Assembly: GCA_033791425.1 (NCBI GenBank)
Contig: JASJGQ010000356.1
Span: 1 to 49,429, forward strand
Source: Acidobacteriota bacterium
GTDB taxonomy: Bacteria > Acidobacteriota > Thermoanaerobaculia > Thermoanaerobaculales > Sulfomarinibacteraceae
Direction: 5' to 3'
Length of the DNA stretch: 49,429 nt
A program made the position numbers and the translations under genes. The first letter of the stretch is position 1, and every line of letters begins with the position of its first letter. Below, in pieces: positions 26,136 to 35,749 of the stretch. Below the pieces are notes generated by a model. It was not told where the DNA came from. It searched no databases and saw nothing but the letters and a program-made list of their open reading frames with translations.

Positions 26136-27140
26136 GTGAGGACGGCGCGTTGTGTGCTCGTTCTCGCGGCCGTCGTCGTGCTGTTGGCGGCAGGCTGCGG
26201 TCTGTGGCTGCACCACAACCTCGTGGGCGCACGGTCGGAGGCGGCTGTCTCACTCGAGATAGAGGAGGGAACCCCGGCGCGTCGAATCATCGAGCAGCTC
26301 CACGATCACGGCCTCGTGCCATCGCCATCCGCGGCTCTGCTCTACCTCCGGGCCCGGGCCGACGGACGCACCATGCACTTCGGGCGCTACCGGTTCGACG
26401 CCGGTCTGCGCCCGGTGGATGTGCTTGAAATGGTTCTCGACGGCAACCTGGAGATGTTCGAGGTTACGGTCGTGGAGGGCGACTCGGCGACGGAGATCGG
26501 CGACCTCTTCAGTGCGATCGGTGTCGGCACCCCGGGGGAGTGGAAATCCGTCGTTTCCCGGGTCGACTGGATCGCCGCGGTCATTCCGGATGCTCCTTCG
26601 CTGGAGGGCTTTTTCTTTCCAGACACCTACCGTTTTGCCGTCGGCATCGAAACCGAGGCCGCAGCCCACCACCTCACGGACAGGTTCCTCTCGGTGTGGC
26701 GGGCGGAACGGAGCAGCGTCGACACACCCTGGGGCTCGCCTTTGGAGATCGTGACGCTGGCTTCCCTGGTGGAGGCTGAGACATCCATTGCCGAGGAAAG
26801 ACCCCTGGTCGCCGGGGTGTTCGTCAACCGGCTTCGTCAGGGGATGCTCCTGCAGTGCGACCCAACGGTTGTCTACGCGCTCGAGCGCCGCAACGAGTGG
26901 CGGGGTCGGCTTCTCCGAATCCACTTGGTAGTGGATGACCCCTACAACACGTACCGCTACCCGGGCCTGCCCCCGGGGCCCATCAACTGTCCCGGGCGCG
27001 CTGCCATCGCCGCAGCTTTGTCCCCGGCGACGACACCGTATCTGTACTTCGTCGCCCGCCCGGGCGGCGGTCATACATTTTCGCGCACTCTTGCCGAGCA
27101 CAACCGAGCCGTCGCCGCGTTGAGGGCGTCGCGCCGTTGA
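26136..27140 (+). CDS. mltG: Endolytic murein transglycosylase MltG (YceG family)
   Basis: N-terminal TM anchor. LASLVEAET, GVFVNRL..GMLLQCDPTVVY, YNTYRYPGLPPGPINCPG, YLYFVA..GGHTFS. Confidence 0.9.
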   Translation: MRTARCVLVLAAVVVLLAAGCGLWLHHNLVGARSEAAVSLEIEEGTPARRIIEQLHDHGLVPSPSAALLYLRARADGRTMHFGRYRFDAGLRPVDVLEMVLDGNLEMFEVTVVEGDSATEIGDLFSAIGVGTPGEWKSVVSRVDWIAAVIPDAPSLEGFFFPDTYRFAVGIETEAAAHHLTDRFLSVWRAERSSVDTPWGSPLEIVTLASLVEAETSIAEERPLVAGVFVNRLRQGMLLQCDPTVVYALERRNEWRGRLLRIHLVVDDPYNTYRYPGLPPGPINCPGRAAIAAALSPATTPYLYFVARPGGGHTFSRTLAEHNRAVAALRASRR

Positions 27141-27183
27141 CCGCTCACGCAACGCGGTGGTAGCTTCGGTCTGGAGGCGTACC

Positions 27184-29088
27184 ATGGCCGACAGCTACCG
27201 GGTGTTCGCGTCGTACCTGCTTTTTGCGCAGGTTCTCGAAGATCCGTTGGGCCATCTCTACAGAGCCGGCGAGTTTGGCAAGGGAGGGGTTCGGCGGACC
27301 GTGTGGTTGCGCGCCTTCGACGGTCCACACATCCAGGAGGCGGACATTCGCTCGGCATTCGACCGGGCGTGCCGGATCTCCGAGGCCGTGCAGTCGACCA
27401 ATGTCGCCGGCGGCGTCTCCTGTCTCGAATCAGACGGTGTGCCGGCCCTGGTGTGCGACCACGTGGCCTCACAACCACTGGGTCTGGTGCTCGATCGGGT
27501 TCAGGCAGAACGGTTCCCGGTACCGGTCGACAACGCCCTACTGATCATGGAGAAGATCTCGCTCGCGCTGTCCGCCGGCTTGAGCGTGGAGATCGAAGGC
27601 GGCCGGGTGCTGCACGGTTTCCTCAACCCCGGTTTGATCTTCGTGACCTATGACGGAGAGTGCGTGGTCTCCGGATTCGGTCTGGGTGAGGAACTCCTGG
27701 CGCTGGCCGGAGTCTCTGACGCCGCACCCGAGGTCCTTCAGTATCTCGCTCCTGAAATTATGCAGTCCAGGACCCCGAGCCGGCGCGGCGATGTGTACTC
27801 GCTCGGCGCGATCCTTTTCGAGCTTCTCACCGGTACCGCGCTGCCGGCCGCACCGGCACAGAGAAAAGAAGCCATCGACAACGCCCACATGACGTACGAC
27901 GAAGAACCGGTTCCCGAAGACATCAAGGCGCTGCTCGTGCGCTCGTTGGCCGACCGACCGGAAGAGCGCTTCAGTTCGGCCTCGGACTTCAAGAAAGAAC
28001 TCGATCGACTGCTGTACGGCGGAGCCTACAGCCCGACGACGTTCAACCTCGCCCTGTTCATGGATCGCCTCTTCCGGTCCGAAATGGAAACCGAAGACCG
28101 CGCCCTCGCCGCCGAAGGGGCTGTCGATGTCACCCCGTATCTGGCCCCGGTGACCCTCCCCGACCCGGAGCCCATCGAGTTCTACGAGGACGATGGCTCG
28201 AAAACTGATCGCAAGCCCGTACTGATTGGCGCAGGGGCCGCCGCCGCTGTCGCCATCGCTGCGGTGCTGTGGTTCAGTCTTGGTCGGGGGCCTGCGACGC
28301 CACCTCCGCCACCGACGCCGACGGCCGACGAGATCGCCCTCCAACGGCAGGCCCAGGAAGACAAGATGCGCGAGCTCGCACAGTCACTGGTGCAGGAGAT
28401 GATGGCGGAGAAGGAAGCCGAGATCCGGACGGAGCTCACCGACCGCCAGGCCAAGATCGAAGAGTTACAAAAGCGGCTTTCAGAGAGCGAACGACGCGGT
28501 ACACAGGGCTCGCTCAGCACCGAGGAAAAACAGCAGAGAGCGGGGCTCGAGCGTCAGATTGCCGCCGAGGAAGAGGCTCAGAAACAGCGCGAGGCCGATC
28601 TCGAGGCCGAGCGTGTGCGGGCAGAGGAAGAGTCCCGTCAAACGGCCGCGGTCCAACAGACCGCCACCGCGGTTACACGTGAAGACGAGCGCCAGGCCGC
28701 CGCGGTCGCCGCAGCTGTCACCCCGACTCCACCACCCCCGACACCGACTGCGGAACCAACAGTGGTGGTGATTGCACCCAACAGCTTCGTGCCACCTTCG
28801 AGGACAGACACCCTCCCAGTGTTGATCAAGAAACACGCGGTCGAGTGGCCCGTCACGGCGCAAAGATCGCGACGTCAGGGTGTGATCATCCTGCAGGCCA
28901 CGGTGAACTCGGACGGCCTTGTCGACGAGGTCAAGGTATTGCGCGCCGATGACGAGGGCTTCGGTATTCCGGAGGCTGCCATGGCAGCGGCCCGAAAATA
29001 CCGCTTCAAACCGGGCACCAAAGATGGGGTTCGGATCAAGACCTACGCCACCATCACCGAGCCCTATCGCTTCGTACTCACTCGATAA
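27184..29088 (+). CDS. Membrane-anchored fusion: degenerate Ser/Thr-kinase-like (pseudokinase) domain, TM helix, Glu/Gln-rich coiled coil, Pro-rich linker, TonB C-terminal domain
   Basis: The kinase C-lobe is intact (YLAPEIM, GDVYSLGAILFELLTG, DRPEERF). The catalytic motifs are replaced: HRDLKPxN becomes HGFLNPGL, DFG becomes GFG, there is no GxGxxG, and the VAIK Lys becomes Leu. TM helix KPVLIGAGAAAAVAIAAVLWFSL. C-terminus GVIILQATVNSDGLVDEVKVLRADDEGFGIPEAAMAAARKYRFKPGTKDGV matches TonB_C. Start moved to ATG 27184 behind GGAGG. Confidence 0.8.
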   Translation: MADSYRVFASYLLFAQVLEDPLGHLYRAGEFGKGGVRRTVWLRAFDGPHIQEADIRSAFDRACRISEAVQSTNVAGGVSCLESDGVPALVCDHVASQPLGLVLDRVQAERFPVPVDNALLIMEKISLALSAGLSVEIEGGRVLHGFLNPGLIFVTYDGECVVSGFGLGEELLALAGVSDAAPEVLQYLAPEIMQSRTPSRRGDVYSLGAILFELLTGTALPAAPAQRKEAIDNAHMTYDEEPVPEDIKALLVRSLADRPEERFSSASDFKKELDRLLYGGAYSPTTFNLALFMDRLFRSEMETEDRALAAEGAVDVTPYLAPVTLPDPEPIEFYEDDGSKTDRKPVLIGAGAAAAVAIAAVLWFSLGRGPATPPPPPTPTADEIALQRQAQEDKMRELAQSLVQEMMAEKEAEIRTELTDRQAKIEELQKRLSESERRGTQGSLSTEEKQQRAGLERQIAAEEEAQKQREADLEAERVRAEEESRQTAAVQQTATAVTREDERQAAAVAAAVTPTPPPPTPTAEPTVVVIAPNSFVPPSRTDTLPVLIKKHAVEWPVTAQRSRRQGVIILQATVNSDGLVDEVKVLRADDEGFGIPEAAMAAARKYRFKPGTKDGVRIKTYATITEPYRFVLTR

Positions 29089-29097
29089 ATAGAAAAA

Positions 29098-29121
29098 GGA
29101 GCCAGGCATCTGCCTGGCTCC
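29098..29121. terminator. Bidirectional intrinsic terminator hairpin
   Basis: GGAGCCAGGC atct GCCTGGCTCC (10-bp stem). On the minus strand it is followed by UUUUUCUAUUU, a good terminator for hup. On the plus strand it is followed by GUGUUAUUGCUUUC. Confidence 0.7.
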
Positions 29122-29195
29122 GTGTTATTGCTTTCACCGTCACCGAGATCAACTCACGGCGCCGGCAGCGTACGCTCAGCTTGTTGGGAGAGGGC

Positions 29196-29489
29196 TTACC
29201 TCTCGACCCGCTCGCGCAGGGTCTTGCCCGGTTTGAAGTGTACGTAATTCTTCGCGGGAATGAGAATCGTCGCGCCGGTCGCGGGATTGCGGCCCTGGCG
29301 CGCATTCCGGCTCTTGGTGGCAAAGGTGCCAAAGCCGGGAATGGTGACTTTCTCACCGGCGTCAAGGGCGGTGGCGATCAAACCCTTGCGCGGATGCGCG
29401 GAAAACATCACATCGATGATCTCTGCAGCCTTGCCCTGGCTGACGCCGGTCTTCTTCGCAAGCTTCATGGCCATTTCGGTCTTGTTCAT
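29196..29489 (-). CDS. hup: Nucleoid-associated DNA-binding protein HU
   Basis: MNKTEMAMKLAKKTGVSQGKAAEIIDVMF, VTIPGFGTFATKSRNARQGRNPATGATILIPAKNYVHFKPGKTL. GGAGG upstream. Confidence 0.93.
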   Translation of the reverse strand: MNKTEMAMKLAKKTGVSQGKAAEIIDVMFSAHPRKGLIATALDAGEKVTIPGFGTFATKSRNARQGRNPATGATILIPAKNYVHFKPGKTLRERVER

Positions 29490-29518
29490 AGGAACCTCCG
29501 GTTTTTCGTTGTAATTAC

Positions 29519-29547
29519 ATATTGGCGGTCGGAACGTCTGCTGTCAA
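29519..29547 (-). promoter_or_regulatory. Candidate sigma70-type promoter for hup
   Basis: Minus strand: TTGACA, 17 nt, CAATAT, about 30 nt upstream of the hup ATG. Pattern match only. Confidence 0.45.
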
Positions 29548-29626
29548 GGGCAAAACCAAGGAAAACGCAACATCTATGCTTGTTTTCCGGGTTTGACCGG
29601 GGTAATTTGTGGCCCCGGAGGTGAAA

Positions 29627-29917
29627 ATGGATCTCAAACTGCGAGGCAAGCGCGCGCTTGTGACCGGGTCCTCTCGCGGAATCGGCCGGGCGATTGCCCT
29701 CTCGCTGGCAGATTTCAAGGTCGATGTGGCCATCAACTACCTGCGCAATCGTGCCCGCGCGGAGGAGACGGCACAAGAAATCGAGGCGCGTGGCGATCGC
29801 GCGCTGGTGCTCAAAGGCAACGTCGCCAACGTCGCGATATTCCTGTGCACCCAGTACGCCTCCATGATCCTCGGCCAGACCCTGATCGTCGACGGGGGAT
29901 ACTCAATTGTGGCCTGA
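29627..29917 (+). pseudogene. Short-chain dehydrogenase/reductase (FabG/FabL-like) remnant with an in-frame internal deletion
   Basis: Only 96 codons. The N-terminus MDLKLRGKRALVTGSSRGIGRAIALSLA..ALVLKGNVAN (Rossmann GxxxGxG) runs directly into the SDR C-terminus VAIFLCTQYASMILGQTLIVDGGYSIVA. About 150 residues carrying the catalytic Ser-Tyr-Lys are absent. GGAGG upstream of ATG 29627. Confidence 0.6.
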
Positions 29918-30126
29918 GGCTTGGGGCATGGGGCTTGAAAGAGAGCGTCGACGAATCCGCGTGCGGCGGAGGTGTCATCTTTTGCATTGTTTGACACCTT
30001 AATCTTCTGCAGGCCTGCGGGGCGTCTCGGGCAATCAATGCTAAAGGTGGCTCCTCTCGGGTAGGACGTACTGAACGGTGGGTTCACTTGAACGCTCGAG
30101 AACGACGCGCAGCGCGCACAGAGCGG

Positions 30127-32934
30127 CTACAAAAATCGCTTGAGGAACTTACCGGTGTAGGACTTCTTGCACCGGGCCACCTTGTCGGGAGTGCCGGCGA
30201 CCACCAGCCGGCCCCCGCCCTCGCCGCCTTCGGGGCCGAGGTCGATGATCCAGTCGGCGGTCTTGATGACATCGAGATTGTGTTCGATCACGAGCACCGT
30301 GTTGCCGCGATCGACCAGGGCGTGGAGCACTACGAGGAGTTTTTTGACGTCGTCGAAGTGAAGACCCGTGGTCGGCTCGTCGAGGAGATACAGGGTCTTC
30401 CCTGTGCCGCGTTTGGCGAGCTCGCGCGACAGCTTGACGCGCTGGGCTTCACCGCCTGAAAGGGTGGTCGCTGGCTGGCCGAGATGAAGGTAGCCGAGAC
30501 CGACCGAGACCAGGGTGTCGAGGACCCGGATGATTTTCGGGTGTGCCGCAAACACCTCTTGCGCCTGCTGCACCGTCAGATCGAGGACTTCGGCGATCGA
30601 CAAACCCTTGAAATGGACCTCGAGCGTCTCCCTGTTGTATCGCTGCCCGTTGCACTGATCACAGGTGACAAACACGTCCGGGAGGAAGTGCATCTCAATA
30701 CGGATCTGCCCGGCGCCCTGGCAGGCCTCACAGCGCCCCCCGCGAACGTTGAACGAAAACCGCCCCGGTTTATAGCCCCGTGCGCGTGCATCGGTGGTCG
30801 CGGCGAAGAGCTGGCGGATCGGGTCGAAGACCTTGGTGTAGGTCGCCGGGTTGGAACGCGGCGTTCGGCCGATCGGCGATTGGTCGATGGCAATCACCTT
30901 GTCCAGTGCATCAACGCCCTCGATATCCCGATGCGCGCCCGGCCGGGCAGGGGTCCCATACAACTCCCGGGCCACCGCCTTGTGGAGAATCTCGTTGACC
31001 AGGGTCGACTTGCCCGAACCCGAGACGCCGGTGACGCACACCAGGCGCCCCAACGGGAACTCGACATCGATCTCCTTGAGGTTGTGCTCGGCAGCACCGT
31101 GGATGACTACCCGCTCTCCGTTGCCCCGCGATCGTTGGCTTGGCACCGGGATCATTTTGCGGCCCGACAGATACGCACCGGTCAACGATGCCTCCTCAGA
31201 CTCGAGCGCTGCCGCCGGGCCGGCGGCCACCACCCGGCCGCCGTGCCGGCCCGCCCCCGGCCCGAGGTCGATCACCCAATCGGCCTCACGAATTGTCTCC
31301 TCATCGTGCTCGACGACGACCACGGTATTGCCGAGGTCGCGCATGCCCTTGAGCGTTTCGAGCAGTCTTCGATTGTCCCGCTGGTGGAGACCGATGGACG
31401 GCTCATCGAGCACGTACAACACGCCCATCAGTTTCGATCCGACCTGGGTGGCGAGCCGTATCCGCTGGCTCTCACCACCCGACAGGGTCCCGGCCATCCG
31501 GTCGAGGCTCAGATAGTCGAGCCCTACCGACACAAGGAACCCCAAACGGTCTCTCACTTCGCGTAGGATCTTGTCGGCGATCGTCCGGTCGCGCTCGCCG
31601 AGTTCGAGGCCGGTGAACCAATCGAGGGTCCGCTGCACCGAAAGACCCGATACCTCGACCAGGTTGCACCCTCCCACCTTGACCGCCAGCGCCTCCCGAC
31701 GCAGCCGCGCACCGCCGCACTCGCCGCACGGAGCCAACGACATATAACGCTCGAGTTCGCGTCGAACGTCTTCCGACGACGTCTCGGCGTAACGCCGTTC
31801 CAGCCGCGGCACCGCGCCCTCGAATCGATCGCGGTAGCGGTAGGCGCCCTTCCTTCCCTCCCAAACGAACTCGTGCTCACCGTCTGTGCCATACATCAGG
31901 ATCTGGCGAACTTCTTCCGGCAAACGACGCCATGGGGTGTGGAGATCAAAGCCGACAGCCTCCGATAGCTGTTCCACCTGGTGCCGAAACCACGACCCCG
32001 GGCTCTTGCCAACCATGGCGAGACAACCCGCCGCCAGGGTGCGCTCGGGATCGAGGATCAGCTTTTCGGGATCGACCTCGCGCAGAAAACCGAGACCCGA
32101 ACAGGTGGGGCACGCACCCTGAGGTGAGTTGAAGGAGAATAGACGCGGCGAAATCTCGGTCAGAGAAAAACCACAGCTGGGGCAGGCGTGGCGGGCCGAA
32201 AGGACAATTTCGTCGCCGCCCGCGACCACCGCCAGCGCGAGCCCATCACCCACCTTGAGGGCGGTCTCGAGCGAGTCAGCCAACCGGGCCGCCACGCCAT
32301 CGCGGATCGACAACCGATCCACCACCACCTCGATCGTGTGCTTCCGTTTCTTGTCGAGCTCGGGCGGGGCCGCGGCTTCGACAACCTTGCCGTCGACCCG
32401 CGCTCGAACAAAGCCCTCGCGCACCATCTGGGCAAAGACCTTGCGGTGCTCGCCCTTGCGGCCTTCAACGACAGGAGCCAACAGCTGGAAGCGCGTCCCC
32501 TCGGGAAGTTGGACAAGCTGGTCCACCATCTGCTCCACGCTTTGGGGGCGGATGTCGATCTCACAGTCCGGGCACACCGGAACGCCGATGGAGGCCCACA
32601 GAAGACGGAGGTAGTCGTGGATTTCGGTAACGGTGCCAACCGTAGATCGCGGGTTGCGGGAGGTGGTCTTCTGTTCGATCGAGATGGCCGGCGACAGCCC
32701 GTCAATCGTGTCGACGTCGGGTTTCTCCATCTGATCGAGGAACTGGCGCGCATAGGCCGACAAGGATTCGACATAACGGCGCTGGCCCTCGGCAAACAAG
32801 GTATCGAAGGCGAGCGAGGACTTACCGGAACCCGAGACCCCGGTGATCACGACCAACCGGTTGCGGGGAATCGCGACATCGACGTTTTGCAGGTTGTGCT
32901 CTCGCGCACCGCGAATGACGATCTCTTCCCGCAT
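30127..32934 (-). CDS. uvrA: Excinuclease ABC subunit UvrA
   Basis: [39 protein letters not shown]. Two ABC modules ([24 protein letters not shown]) and zinc modules ([17 protein letters not shown]). Start trimmed from 33042 to ATG 32934. Confidence 0.95.
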   Translation of the reverse strand: MREEIVIRGAREHNLQNVDVAIPRNRLVVITGVSGSGKSSLAFDTLFAEGQRRYVESLSAYARQFLDQMEKPDVDTIDGLSPAISIEQKTTSRNPRSTVGTVTEIHDYLRLLWASIGVPVCPDCEIDIRPQSVEQMVDQLVQLPEGTRFQLLAPVVEGRKGEHRKVFAQMVREGFVRARVDGKVVEAAAPPELDKKRKHTIEVVVDRLSIRDGVAARLADSLETALKVGDGLALAVVAGGDEIVLSARHACPSCGFSLTEISPRLFSFNSPQGACPTCSGLGFLREVDPEKLILDPERTLAAGCLAMVGKSPGSWFRHQVEQLSEAVGFDLHTPWRRLPEEVRQILMYGTDGEHEFVWEGRKGAYRYRDRFEGAVPRLERRYAETSSEDVRRELERYMSLAPCGECGGARLRREALAVKVGGCNLVEVSGLSVQRTLDWFTGLELGERDRTIADKILREVRDRLGFLVSVGLDYLSLDRMAGTLSGGESQRIRLATQVGSKLMGVLYVLDEPSIGLHQRDNRRLLETLKGMRDLGNTVVVVEHDEETIREADWVIDLGPGAGRHGGRVVAAGPAAALESEEASLTGAYLSGRKMIPVPSQRSRGNGERVVIHGAAEHNLKEIDVEFPLGRLVCVTGVSGSGKSTLVNEILHKAVARELYGTPARPGAHRDIEGVDALDKVIAIDQSPIGRTPRSNPATYTKVFDPIRQLFAATTDARARGYKPGRFSFNVRGGRCEACQGAGQIRIEMHFLPDVFVTCDQCNGQRYNRETLEVHFKGLSIAEVLDLTVQQAQEVFAAHPKIIRVLDTLVSVGLGYLHLGQPATTLSGGEAQRVKLSRELAKRGTGKTLYLLDEPTTGLHFDDVKKLLVVLHALVDRGNTVLVIEHNLDVIKTADWIIDLGPEGGEGGGRLVVAGTPDKVARCKKSYTGKFLKRFL

Positions 32935-33071
32935 GTATCTCCCGTCTGGGCGCCCGTCTCGGTCGCCGCGCCCGGTCTGGAGAACACACGGTCGACGAAA
33001 GACGTTCCAAGATCCACCAGCCGACCACGATGAACTGACCATCCGGCGGCGATCCTGCTATTTATGCCCGG

Positions 33072-33080
33072 ATTATACCA
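33072..33080 (-). promoter_or_regulatory. Candidate extended -10 promoter element for uvrA (TGgTATAAT)
   Basis: Minus strand TGGTATAAT, a perfect TATAAT with an upstream TG, about 140 nt upstream of the uvrA ATG and just downstream of the smpB stop. No good -35. Pattern match only. Confidence 0.4.
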
Positions 33081-33105
33081 CCCGCGGTCGCGTTGGCGAG
33101 ACGCT

Positions 33106-33567
33106 CTATCGACTGCGATCTTTGATGGCCTGTTCCGCTTCGCGGTCGAGGGTCCGTTGCCGGAGCGTATCGCGTTTATCGTAGAGTTGTTTGCCACGGA
33201 CCAGAGCAATTTCGATCTTGATCCAGTTGCCGTAAAGAAACACCTCGAGTGGCACAACCGTGAGGCCCTTCTCGGCGACCTTGCTCGCGAGACGCTCGAT
33301 CTCACGTTTACGAAGCAGGAGACGTCGCCGGCGAACCGGGTCGTGACCGGCATAACCGGCACTGTCGTAGGACCCGATGTGGCACCCGACCAGAAATGCC
33401 TCGCCGCCGGCGAAGGTGACATAGCCCTCTTTGATGTTGATCTTACTCGCACGGATCGCCTTGACCTCGGTTCCGAGAAGCTCCAGACCGGCGACCTCAC
33501 GCTCGAGAATGTGATAGGTGTGGCGAGCCTTGCGGTTGGTTGCCACCACCTTCCGTTCGTCGGTCAT
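33106..33567 (-). CDS. smpB: SsrA-binding protein SmpB
   Basis: [73 protein letters not shown]. Confidence 0.93.
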   Translation of the reverse strand: MTDERKVVATNRKARHTYHILEREVAGLELLGTEVKAIRASKINIKEGYVTFAGGEAFLVGCHIGSYDSAGYAGHDPVRRRRLLLRKREIERLASKVAEKGLTVVPLEVFLYGNWIKIEIALVRGKQLYDKRDTLRQRTLDREAEQAIKDRSR

Positions 33568-35081
33568 GTCACGACCGCGACCAAGGCTTCCACCATGTGC
33601 GGGTCGAACTGGTGTCCTTTGCCCCGGTTGATGATCTCGAGTGCCCGTTCGGTGCTCACCGTCGGACGATAGCGTCCAGGAACGCTCAACACATCGAACA
33701 CCTCTGCCACATGGACCAGTCGGGCTAGAAACGGGATTGCATCTCCCGCCAATCGGTCCGGATACCCGGTCCCATCCCAGCGCTCGTGATGGTGGCGGAT
33801 CGCAGTCGTGACCTCGTTGAGCCCAGTCCCAAGGAGGATCTGTTCACCGAGAACCGGGTGCTTCTGATAGCGCGCGCGTTCGTCCTCGGTCGGCGTTCGG
33901 CTCCGATACATCCGGTCGTAGTCGAGCTCCCGCATGCCGATATCGTGCAGCAATCCCGCCAGCATGGCATCCTCCACCCGCATTGGCGTGAGCTCGAGTT
34001 TTTGGGCGATCGCCATGGAAAGTCGTGAGACGGCTTCTGAGTGGGCCACCAGATCCGGGTACTTCTGCGCGCCCGGTTGCAGCAGCCGGCGAGAGAGACA
34101 GCGCCGCGAAAACCGCAGGCCGGTCTTTTCCTGGGCGTCTTCAGCCCGCGCGCGCAGTCGTGCCAAAGTTGCCCGCGCCGCGTTCGCCCCGGCGCCTGAA
34201 ATTACCGACCCGACGAGGGCGCCGGCCTCGGTCTCGTGGAGCAGCACGGCTGATGCAATCATCGGCGACATCACCACGTCAGTGACCGCCGGGACCCGCC
34301 GAACCTCGACATGCCAGGTGCTTGGATCATGGGTCTGGATCCCGGCCTCGGTGAGTGCCGAGACCTGATGACGGCACAGGGCCTCACGATCGATCTCAGC
34401 GCCCCCGGCGCGCGTATTGATCAAGGTCGCGACCCCCTCGGGGGTCGCCAACGTCGCCGCCACCGCCGCCACCTGGTTGTCGAGTAGGCAGTCGAGGGCC
34501 GCGTCGTGCAGGGTCTCAAGCCCGGACTCGTCAAGCAGCGCCGGGCGCGATTGGCCGACTGGGGCCTGGCGCTGCTTCGACACCTTGGGTTCTGGCGGTG
34601 GCACGAACTCCTCATCTGCGATGACAAAACCACTCTGTCGCGCGAAATCCACCATGGCTGCGCCAATTTTGGCCGCCTTGCTGATGTCTGAACGTTCAAA
34701 CGGTCGCCGACGGCCCTTGTCGCGGGCATCAACAAAACCGATGATCTCGTCACTTATGACCAACGGCACCAACAACAACCGCGAGTTGCCGGCAGTTTTG
34801 ATGTACTCGGCCAACGGCCCAAGCTCGTTCCTGTGGTTGTAAGCCACCGGCAGACCGCGCAGTTCTCGAACTCTCACGACCATGGGGTCCCGCAGGCGGT
34901 GCTCGATGGCGAGCGGATCGCGACGCCCGAAACCGTACTGGGTGGCGAGTAGAAAAAAATCGCTGGGTCCATAGAGGTAGAGGGCCGCCCGCGTGCATTG
35001 GATCTCCTCGAGAAACCGAAACAGAATCTCCTTGAAACCGCGTTCGATCTCCGGGGACCACCCGGGTATGGTCGCGCCCAT
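33564..35081 (-). CDS. GAF-domain / HD-GYP-domain protein (putative cyclic-di-GMP phosphodiesterase)
   Basis: C-terminal AGLLHDIGM, HPVLGEQIL, IRHHHERWDGTGYPDRLAG, VHVAEVFDVL form an intact HD and GYP signature. The N-terminal two thirds are GAF-like. 4-nt overlap with the smpB start. Confidence 0.8.
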   Translation of the reverse strand: MGATIPGWSPEIERGFKEILFRFLEEIQCTRAALYLYGPSDFFLLATQYGFGRRDPLAIEHRLRDPMVVRVRELRGLPVAYNHRNELGPLAEYIKTAGNSRLLLVPLVISDEIIGFVDARDKGRRRPFERSDISKAAKIGAAMVDFARQSGFVIADEEFVPPPEPKVSKQRQAPVGQSRPALLDESGLETLHDAALDCLLDNQVAAVAATLATPEGVATLINTRAGGAEIDREALCRHQVSALTEAGIQTHDPSTWHVEVRRVPAVTDVVMSPMIASAVLLHETEAGALVGSVISGAGANAARATLARLRARAEDAQEKTGLRFSRRCLSRRLLQPGAQKYPDLVAHSEAVSRLSMAIAQKLELTPMRVEDAMLAGLLHDIGMRELDYDRMYRSRTPTEDERARYQKHPVLGEQILLGTGLNEVTTAIRHHHERWDGTGYPDRLAGDAIPFLARLVHVAEVFDVLSVPGRYRPTVSTERALEIINRGKGHQFDPHMVEALVAVVT

Positions 35082-35218
35082 GGCCTCGCCTCCAACGACA
35101 AATATCGATTCACTTTATCACTCACTGCCCCACCCCGCTCGATCGTCGATGCCTGTCGGGAGTGCCGCGAGCCCGGGCTCCGCCGCGAATGAGGCCGACG
35201 CCGGTGTAGAATGCGCAT

Positions 35219-35749
35219 ATGTCGGCAAACCTGTGCGTGCTCGCGCTGGTCGCGGCCCTTGCCGCCGAACCGATGATCCTCGAGATCGATCGCGGAGCGG
35301 AGCGTTTGGCGATCTCGTTCTCGTTGAATCAGGAATTGCCGGAGTCGATCGAAGAGACGCTCTCCTCGGGGGCCACTGCTGTCATCGAATACCCCCTCCG
35401 TGTGTACGGCCGGCGACGTTTTTTCCCCGACCGGAAGGTGTGGAAGGGGATCGCACAGGTTACGGTCAGCTTTGACGGGGTCACCGGCAGATATCTCTGC
35501 CAGCTCATCGTCAACGGCGACACGACGGCCAGCCGCGAGGTCAAAACCGTTGACGAGGCCAGATCCTGGTTGACGTCGCCGCCTGCGGTCGAACTGGTCT
35601 TGCCCAAGGCTCGCCAGGACGCCGCCCTGAGGGTTCGCGTTCGTGCGGTCTTTGCCAGTGGAACCACCTGGTTGGTATTCCCATCGACCGAGGGCACGGA
35701 GTGGCTCGAAGTGCGACTGGATCCGGTGGCGGACGACAACGGTGAATGA
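35219..35749 (+). CDS. DUF4390-like periplasmic protein
   Basis: Signal peptide MSANLCVLALVAALAA. ISFSL..ELPESIEETLSSGATAVIEYPLRVYGRRRFFPDRKVW..VSFDGVTGRYL..KTVDEARSWL fits the DUF4390 pattern that typically precedes ntrY. Confidence 0.6.
   Translation: MSANLCVLALVAALAAEPMILEIDRGAERLAISFSLNQELPESIEETLSSGATAVIEYPLRVYGRRRFFPDRKVWKGIAQVTVSFDGVTGRYLCQLIVNGDTTASREVKTVDEARSWLTSPPAVELVLPKARQDAALRVRVRAVFASGTTWLVFPSTEGTEWLEVRLDPVADDNGE

Noticed and set aside
29970-29999. 8-bp inverted repeat AGGTGTCA-N14-TGACACCT in the SDR-remnant/uvrA convergent gap, operator-like
   Set aside because: It lies between two convergent 3' ends, so there is no promoter for it to control. The stem is short with a large loop and no clean U-tract. 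At best it is a weak terminator, and I cannot support a call.
32935-33105. LexA/SOS box upstream of uvrA
   Set aside because: I looked for CTGT-N8-ACAG, GAAC-N4-GTTC and GTTC-N7-GTTC. Only half-sites with wrong spacing are present (GTTCATCGTGGTCGG; GAAC-N18-GTTC). The LexA motif of this lineage is unknown to me, so absence is not proven.
32935-35218. tmRNA (ssrA) gene next to smpB
   Set aside because: No GGGG..UGA 5' end and no tRNA-Ala-like GGUUCGAAUCC..CCACCA 3' end in the flanking intergenic regions. ssrA must be elsewhere.
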